From positions 62,001 through 126,000 of the forward strand of contig NIVC01002249.1 in NCBI GenBank assembly GCA_002269645.1: 64,000 bases of DNA. Direction: 5' to 3'. The translations under genes were made by a program, and so were the position numbers. Source of the DNA: Macrostomum lignano (taxonomy: Eukaryota). Each line of letters opens with the position of its first letter. The stretch's first letter is position 1. The notes beneath the pieces are model-generated. The model did no database searches. It was not told where the DNA came from and saw only the letters and a list, made by a program, of their open reading frames with translations. This document shows, one piece after another, positions 56,901 through 64,000 of this stretch.

Positions 56901-59872
56901 TGTTCGGCTAAACGAGCTCGCTCTTCATTGGATAGACCGTCAACACGCAGCCGGTTGGGCAGATTGGGCACCTTTCGACTAGCCGGAGAAGCTGTTGCAG
57001 CTGGCGAAGGTTTGCTAGCGTTGGCCTGAGGGGTTTTGTTTTGCTATCAGTTATTTCTCCTCTAACCATGCACTTGTAGTCATAAAGTCTAAAAGGTATT
57101 GAAAGACCTTATGGAGATCTGAAGCTTCGAGCTTGTGAAAAGGATTGAAGGACCTTATGGGGATCTGAAGCTTCGAGCTTGTGAAAGGAATTGGAGGCTT
57201 ATGGGGATCTGAAGCTTCGAGCTTGTGAAAGGGATTGGAGGCTTATGGGGATCTGAAGCTTCGAGCTTGTGAAAGGGATTGGAGGCTTATGGGGATCTGA
57301 AGCTTCGAGCTTGTGAAAGGGATTGGAGGCTTATGGGGATCTGAAGCTTCGAGCTTGTGAAAAGGATTGAAGGACCTTATGGGGATCTGAAGCTTCGAGC
57401 TTGTAAAAGGGATTGGAGGCTTATGGGGATCTGAAGCTTCGAGCTTGTGAAAGGGATTGGAGGCTTATGGGGATCTGAAGCTTCGAGCTTGTGAAAGGGA
57501 TTGGAGGCTTATGGGGATCTGAAGCTTCGAGCTTGTGAAAGGGATTGGAGGCTTATGGGGATCTGAAGCTTCGAGCTTGTGAAAAGGATTGAAGGCCATT
57601 ATGGGGATCTGAAGCTTCGAGCTTGTGAAAGGGATTGGAGGCTTATGGGGATCTGAAGCTTCGAGCTTGTGAAAGGGATTGGAGGCCCTTATGGGGATCT
57701 GAAGCTTCGAGCTTGTGAAAGGAATTGAAGGCCCTTATGGGGATCTGAAGCTTCGAGCTTGTGAAAGGAATTGAAGGCCCTTATGGGGATCTGAAGCTTC
57801 GAGCTTGTGAAAGGAATTGAAGGCCCTTATGGGGATCTGAAGCTTCGAGCTTGTGAAAGGAATTGAAGGCCCTTATGGGGATCTGAAGCTTCGAGCTTGT
57901 GAAAGGGATTGGAGGCTTATGGGGATCTGAAGCTTCGAGCTTGTGAAAGGGATTGGAGGCCCTTATGGGGATCTGAAGCTTCGAGCTTGTGAAAGGAATT
58001 GAAGGCCCTTATGGGGATCTGAAGCTTCGAGCTTGTGAAAGGAATTGAAGGCCCTTATGGGGATCTGAAGCTTCGAGCTTGTGAAAGGAATTGAAGGCCC
58101 TTATGGGGATCTGAAGCTTCGAGCTTGTGAAAGGGATTGAAGGCTTATGGGGATCTGAAGCTTCGAGCTTGTGAAAGGGATTGGAGGCCCTTATGGGGAT
58201 CTGAAGCTTCGAGCTTGTGAAAGGAATTGAAGGCCCTTATGGGGATCTGAAGCTTCGAGCTTGTGAAAGGAATTGAAGGCCCTTATGGGGATCTGAAGCT
58301 TCGAGCTTGTGAAAGGGATTGGAGGCCCTTATGGGGATCTGAAGCTTCGAGCTTGTCAAAGGGATTGGAGGCCCTTATGGGGATCTGAAGCTTCGAGCTT
58401 GTGAAAGGAATTGAAGGCCCTTATGGGGATCTGAAGCTTCGAGCTTGTGAAAGGAATTGAAGGCCTTTATGGGGACCTGAAGATTCGAGCTTGTGAAAGG
58501 GTTCTATATATTCTATATAAAGAATTCTATAGGGCAACACCTGTTTGATGGAGGCTTCATCAGCGGCAATAGCGGCGTCCCGCTCCTCCTGCGCCTCCAA
58601 TTGCTTCTCCAATTTCGACCATTCGTCATAGCTACGCGGCATCGGCCGTTTTGCCGAGCTGGCAGAGCTGGCTGATACGCTAGAACCGGAAGTTCGACCG
58701 GATGTAGTCGTTGTTGAAGAAACCATCTGCTGCTGCTGCTGAGACGGACTCAAGTTAATAGTGGCATTAGCCGCTCGGACTGGCGGCAAGAGATCGTCCG
58801 CATCGGTTTTGGATTTCTTCTGGCCGGCATCGGCACTGCCAGTATTAGTATTCACTGCGGCAGTCCAAGCATTCAAATCCGCCGCTATGCTGGCCCACTC
58901 GGCCTGATCGAGGCCGGCCGCACTGAGCGGCGGCTGCTCCTTGCGTAGCGCTCGGCTGAGGGCGGAATTCGGGAATTCAAATTTATAAAAAATAAAAAAT
59001 GAAACCATTGGACTTGTACTGGCTCTTTTTTGCCTCAAGATGAGATATGCGTGTAAACTACTTTCAGTTCAGTAGTAAATTAAACAGAAGCATTTTAATG
59101 TATTTTTAAAGCCAAGGCTCATTTATTGGCTCTTACCCCCCCAACCGCTTTCCACACTAACCGCCCCGACCCTGCAATTTTATTGCCTTTCTGTCGGAAT
59201 TCCAGCCTAAAGCTGCCATGTACATTTCAGTGGACTGGCTAATGTACATTATGACTGAACCAATTAGCAAGCTGTTTACGCCTGCAAGCTTGGGCTTTTA
59301 AACTTATCAAAGTCATTTCAGCTGCCTTTATTTTTATAAAATAGCTTATGTATTCTTATTTGCTACTGAACTGAAAGTAGAAAGGTGTTTACTAAGTATA
59401 TGCCCGAGTGGCTCATCCAGTTATTCTAGTATCTGTGGTGTAGCCTTTTTTTGAACTCCCATTGCACTCTAACTAGCCTACTGTGTTAGTGGAAAGATAA
59501 GCGCCAACACAACGATTCTTGGACGGCTCTTTCGGTATCATTTACAATGGGCTTATCCCCCGTAACGGGAGCATGTCTATTGCTGGTATTTTCTTAGAAG
59601 CCGCTTTTGCGATACGCTGAGAAGCAGCACGGTTTTAAACAAACACTGAATCCAAACCTACTCAAACACCTGTACCTGTTTGGAGCCAGCAATCTGAGCC
59701 TCTCCTCGCAATGGGTCTCCAACTCCGGGTAGCGGCCCTCCTCGCCAGATAGCAACACTTTGTAGATGTTTTCTAATTCTTTAACGTCCGAGCAGCCCGA
59801 TATGTATCGAAAATCTAAATGATCCAGAGGTATATTGTACCGCCTGGTGAACTGGGCAGTCATCGGGTCCAT
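53910..59872 (-). CDS. SPAG1: SPAG1-like TPR co-chaperone (918 aa); exons 59872-59676, 58955-58541, 57025-56779, 56621-54813, 53998-53910
   Basis: The N-terminus YNIPLDHLDFRYISGCSDVKELENIYKVLLSGEEGRYPELETHCEERLRLLAPN|SRALRKEQP matches the SPAG1 N-terminal motif. Two TPR clusters (EKAKGNEAF..., AKEAGNQLF...) and a C-terminal RPAP3_C-like domain (FEFTQAW...LDGLML...RFDFVVMFL). All junctions phase-consistent; 2757 nt. Confidence 0.9.
54040..54765. repeat. 22/25-bp minisatellite CAACAGACACAATCAAGCTGAT filling SPAG1 intron 4
   Basis: Direct reading. Confidence 0.96.
57105..58500. repeat. 44/46-bp minisatellite GGGGATCTGAAGCTTCGAGCTTGTGAAAGGGATTGGAGGCTTAT filling SPAG1 intron 2
   Basis: Direct reading, ~31 copies. 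Confidence 0.97.
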
Positions 59873-60881
59873 CGGCTTGGCTGAAATCGTAAAGTGCAAT
59901 AGTAATTTTTTTTAGAAACAGATCGACTACCGATATGTAGCGAAAAGTACTTTGCAAAGGAGACAAGTTTAAAAAAGACTCAAGATAAAACTATAGATAT
60001 AAATTTTACGACCTGTTGGAGTCGTTCAAAAAAATTTAACTTTTTGAAATAAATAAGGACATACTACTCGTGAAGTAATACGCATAGACTGAAAAGAGTA
60101 ATTACTTACGTACAGGCATAAGAAATAAAAAGCTGTTTAATTCCAGCCAAACACCATGCAATATCTGAAGTAAATAGTAGAACTATAGACAGCGGCGAAT
60201 AACGAATATTTATCACATACAATCAAATATGAAAATGAAACATATAAAGTAAATTGCTTGTTTTATTAACAATCTGATGCTTTTCTGATGTATGTTTTAA
60301 ACACAGAATTTTTGCTTTATGAAGTTGTCTACACTACATATCGGCAATTCAGGAAAAATCAAATTTTCACTACTGTACACGAGCCGATGGAACTTTCAAC
60401 ACTTTTAATGGCCTAACCTACTTATTGGGTAAGTAGTATGGAGAATATATTCCGTCAACGAATTAATCACCGGAGTGAAGGCATTAGAAATTCTATAATA
60501 GTTATCTCTTTTCTGAAAGCTAAAAAGCAACGTTATTCAGATTTTTTGTCTCAAAATTTATGGGAGGAATCTTGAATTTTCTCTTGATTATCTCCATACC
60601 ATACAATCCTAGTTCACAATGGGTTAGAGCAGAGGGGGTTGTTTACCTCTAACCTCAAGGGCCAGATGAACAATCCACCTCCTGGCCGAGGACCAGACAA
60701 GAGAGAAAAGTAGATAGAGGAAAAGAGAGAAGAGAGCTGAGAAGGGACACAAACGTTGATCAGGCCGGATAGAGAGGCTTCGCGGGCCGGAGTTTGCCGG
60801 CCCCTTAGATAGGTTTTGGGCTTAGTTTAGTTTTTGGGTCAGCAGTTTATTTCTGGCAGTCTAAAGTCATCGGCCAGTCAG

Positions 60882-61344
60882 TCATCCGTGACCCTGGGGC
60901 GGCTGCCGACTATTGGGCTGCGACAAGCGCACCTGACGCAATGAGCTATTCAACACATTGACAAGGCCGCCGGAGCCTGCCGAGGCAACGCTGGAGTCGG
61001 AGGCCGCGGATAACGACGATGTCGGCGATGATGAAGGAGTGGATGCTGCATAGGCGTCGCTGCTGTCGCCGCTGCCGTCATCGTCGACGGCGCCAGCCGG
61101 CTTCGCGACGCCAGCGGACGCCACCGCTGTGGCTGTTAACGACGGGACCGTTGCCGCCGACGCAGCGGCCCCAGTCGGCGACGGCATTGCCAGGCCGGCG
61201 ACGCCCTTAAGCCGATCGGTCGGGCCGAAGCCGCGCTTCACTCGGCGCACCTTGGAGGCGTCGTCTTGGCGCTGCTGCACCATCAGAGCGAAGTCGACAA
61301 CGTAGGCATAGCCGAATATCACCAGGGAGCAACACGGCTCCGAC
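60882..61344 (-). CDS. RNF146: Terminal exon of an RNF146/Iduna-like E3 ligase (C-terminal half of the WWE domain plus a Ser/Ala tail); upstream exons not seen in the window
   Basis: CSLVIFGYAYVVDFALMVQQRQDDASKVRRVKR...KGVAGL matches the RNF146 WWE end ([32 protein letters not shown]...KGVAGL, from memory). Acceptor at 61345 (alternative 61378), phase 2. Confidence 0.8.
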
Positions 61345-61429
61345 CTTGACGTGGGGAGGTGAGCGGACAGGGTGAGACTGCGATTTGAGTTGTGAGCTTA
61401 GTCTGGAGATATAAGAGGGGGCGGTGGCC

Positions 61430-61995
61430 TAGCAACTGAGGATCTGGGAGGCCGGCAGTGGCCCAGCAACTGAGGATCTGGGACTGGCCCAGCAACTGAG
61501 GATCTGGGACTGGCCCAGCAACTGAGGATCTGGGAGGCTGGCCCAGCAACTGGGGATCTGGGAGACTGGCCCAGCAACTGAGGATCTGGGAGGCTGGCCC
61601 AGCAACTGGGGATCTGGGAGGCTGGCCTAGCAGCTGGGGATCTCTGAGGCTGGCTGCTCAGCAACTGGGGATCTGGGAGGCTGGCCTAGCAACTGGGGAT
61701 CTGGGAGGCTGGCCCAGCAACTGGGGATCTGGGAGGCTAGCCTAGCAGCTGGGGATCTCTAAGTCTGGCTGCTCAGCAACTGGGGATCTGGGAGGCTGGC
61801 CTAGCAACTGGGGATCTGGGAGGCTGGCCCAGCAACTGGGGATCTGGGAGACTGGCCCAGCATCTGAGGATCTGGGAGACTGGCTCAGCAACTGAGGATC
61901 TGGGAGACTGGCTCAGCAACTGAGGATCTGGGAGACTGGCACAGCAACTGACGATCTGGGAGACTAGCTCAGCAACTGAGGATCTGGGAGGCTGG
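61430..61995. repeat. 27/28-bp minisatellite GGCCCAGCAACTGGGGATCTGGGAGGCT in the RNF146 intron
   Basis: Direct reading. Confidence 0.93.
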
Positions 61996-62753
61996 CAGTT
62001 TAGCCAACAGATCCCGTGTGGCCATCTGATCAGGTTTTTCGCCCGGTTTTGCTCTGGCTTGCTATGTTTTTTGCCCCATTTCCAGGCGAAGAACATAAAC
62101 CAGGCGAATTTATCCGGTTTTTCTCTGCCTTTCTAAACCAGGCGAAATTCCGGAGGAAAAACCGTACGAGTGCTCTGGTTTTTTACCCGGTCCTTCGCCA
62201 GGTTTGGAACCAGTTTAGTAACGCAGGGAAATCCGGAGTAAAAGCGGATGAAATAACATTTCCGGCTGGAATTTTGCCCGGTTCTTTCTCTGGTTCTTCG
62301 ACCGGACAAGAGCCGGATAAAAGAGCTGATGAAAGCCTTTAATTCAGGATTGGGTTGAAAATGGTATGGGAGACACAGTGTATAATTGACAATTGACATG
62401 AAGATTTTCTTGTAATTGCATGTCCTGTAATGTGCTCCTGTTTTGTTCTCTTGCAGTATTTTTTCCGCTCATCTTTATACATATCATATGAGCGTCTTTG
62501 TATGTCACATTACGAGCGTAGTTCACGTAAACTGAGAATAAAAATATATTGTCATTTTAATGCTGTCATCGCACACATTTCTGAAGGCTGCATGCTACTG
62601 TGGGATTCCAACGTTGATTTCCTCTTTTACAAAAATGTATAAGCAAAGTCCCATCCCCGAATTGGCCCGCTAGGCGTAGCGTACGTAGCAGCCTTTGTTA
62701 ATAAAGTTTCATGAATTTCCAGTGCTGGTAATTAAGAAACCTGAAATAATCAG

Positions 62754-64000
62754 CGGGCGCGACGACTGCAACAAAATATTGACGCGGCCTGCGCTGAGTT
62801 GACTGACCGACCGCGTTCCCCGGTTAGTCGCGCTGTACCTAGTACTTCGCGCAGCAGTAGCACTGTCGTCGCAGCATCGTCGCAGCTTCTCAGAGGTGCC
62901 GAGTCCGTAGACACCGGTGACAGTGAGCCCTCCGAGCATGGTGAGTAGCATCGAGGATCTGCAAAAAGCGGCCCCGATATCCGTTGATACAGAAAAACTA
63001 TCGCGCGTTTCCCACAGACTCCAGTGACGGCAGCAGTGGAGGCGACCAAAGCCGCAGTGACGCTGAGTCCGTAAACAGCGCTGGCCGCAATGGCAGCGAC
63101 GGTACAGAGACACCCGACTCTTAGCCCTCTGAGCATGGTGAGTAGCATCGAGGATCTGCAAAAAGCGGCCCCGATATCCGTTGATACAGAAAAACTATCG
63201 CGCGTTTCCCACAGACTCCAGTGACGGACGTGACGCTGAGTCACTTGACTCCAGCGACAGCGATGGCCAGGAACAGCCAGTTCTTGATCCCTGGCTACAG
63301 CTACCGTGGCACAACGGCGAACCCATCACGGGCACCATTGGTGAAGCTGTGTGTCATATCAACGACTGCGCCATTGATCTTGGAATCCCAAGTAAAAAAA
63401 TAACCAGACTTCTACGTCTTGTGCATTGTCTGGTTCCGGGAAGTCGAATTCCGCGCACTGCAAGAACTATGTGGCGGACGCTAAAGTCCGCCCAGAGTTA
63501 CATCGGCTCCGCAAAATGCGTCACTGTGTGCAACGAGTGCTACGTAAACTACCGAGGAGACTGCAGTCAAAACGGTGGACATTGCAGTGACTGCGGATCA
63601 ATGAGAGTCGCAAACTTCTGGGTTTTCAACATTAGAAAGCAGATCCGAACTCACATAGAGTCATGTGGACTGCTGCATAATTTGACTTTTCCTTCCGACT
63701 TCAATCCGCACGAAGACACCATCCATTTCTACAACAGTCACCTGTACAGACAGTTTCGGGAGTCGATAAACCTAGTTGCTAAGAGCGACCTCTCGTATAC
63801 TCTGAGCTCTGATGGGTTTCCAGCACGGTCAACCAGCAAGGTAGAGGTGTGTCCAGTCTACTTAAGCATCAACGAGGTTCACGATCATGTCAAGTTGCGC
63901 TATGACATAATCTATGGGCTCTGGGCTGCTAAGACCAAAGTGAGTTCAGCGGCTTTCCTTCCGGTGGTCGTCGACGCGCTGATTTCTTTACGCATCCGGG
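62754..64000 (+). mobile_element. CACTA/EnSpm-like transposase gene, partial; main exon from 63215 to beyond 64000
   Basis: An open frame missing from the ORF track: ...RLLRLVHCLVPGSRIPRT...CNEC...CSDCG...F.VFNIRKQI...YTLSSDGFPARSTSKVEVCPVYLSINEV...IIYGLWAAKTKVSSAAFL. The CxxC pair and the DG...S...PVYL.INE...I..GLW motif are typical of animal CACTA/EnSpm transposases. Confidence 0.75.

Noticed and set aside
62030-62330. CCAGGCGAA-type short motifs as CACTA subterminal repeats
   Set aside because: Plausible, but I could not locate a TIR or TSD to anchor the element's left end.

Overview
Eukaryotic (animal) genomic DNA, not prokaryotic: spliced genes with GT-AG introns, GC-rich exons, and nearly every long intron or intergenic gap filled by its own tandem repeat. 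This style resembles the flatworm Macrostomum lignano (inference, not verified). Gene models I rebuilt by hand, with splice phases checked: (+) a 2-exon truncated flotillin paralog (SPFH only, GC donor); (+) flotillin-1 (3 exons, 429 aa); (+) an anosmin-1/KAL-1 ortholog (12 exons, 780 aa, 15358-43589); (-) CCT7 (3 exons, 549 aa); (-) SPAG1 (5 exons, 918 aa); (-) the last exon of an RNF146-like WWE E3 ligase; and (+) a CACTA/EnSpm-like transposase running off the right end, which the ORF track misses. There are also MITEs, an RTE-like LINE relic, about 30 mini/microsatellite arrays, and a 4.8-kb duplication across a 129-N gap. Most long ORFs in the track are repeat artefacts. Best leads: a flotillin intron bounded by a perfect 15-bp direct repeat and absent from the adjacent paralog (candidate recent intron gain); intron-private minisatellites with a 21-24 bp unit bias; a MITE-linked GGCGCC minisatellite family; and a possible RNF146-SPAG1-CCT7 trans-spliced operon.
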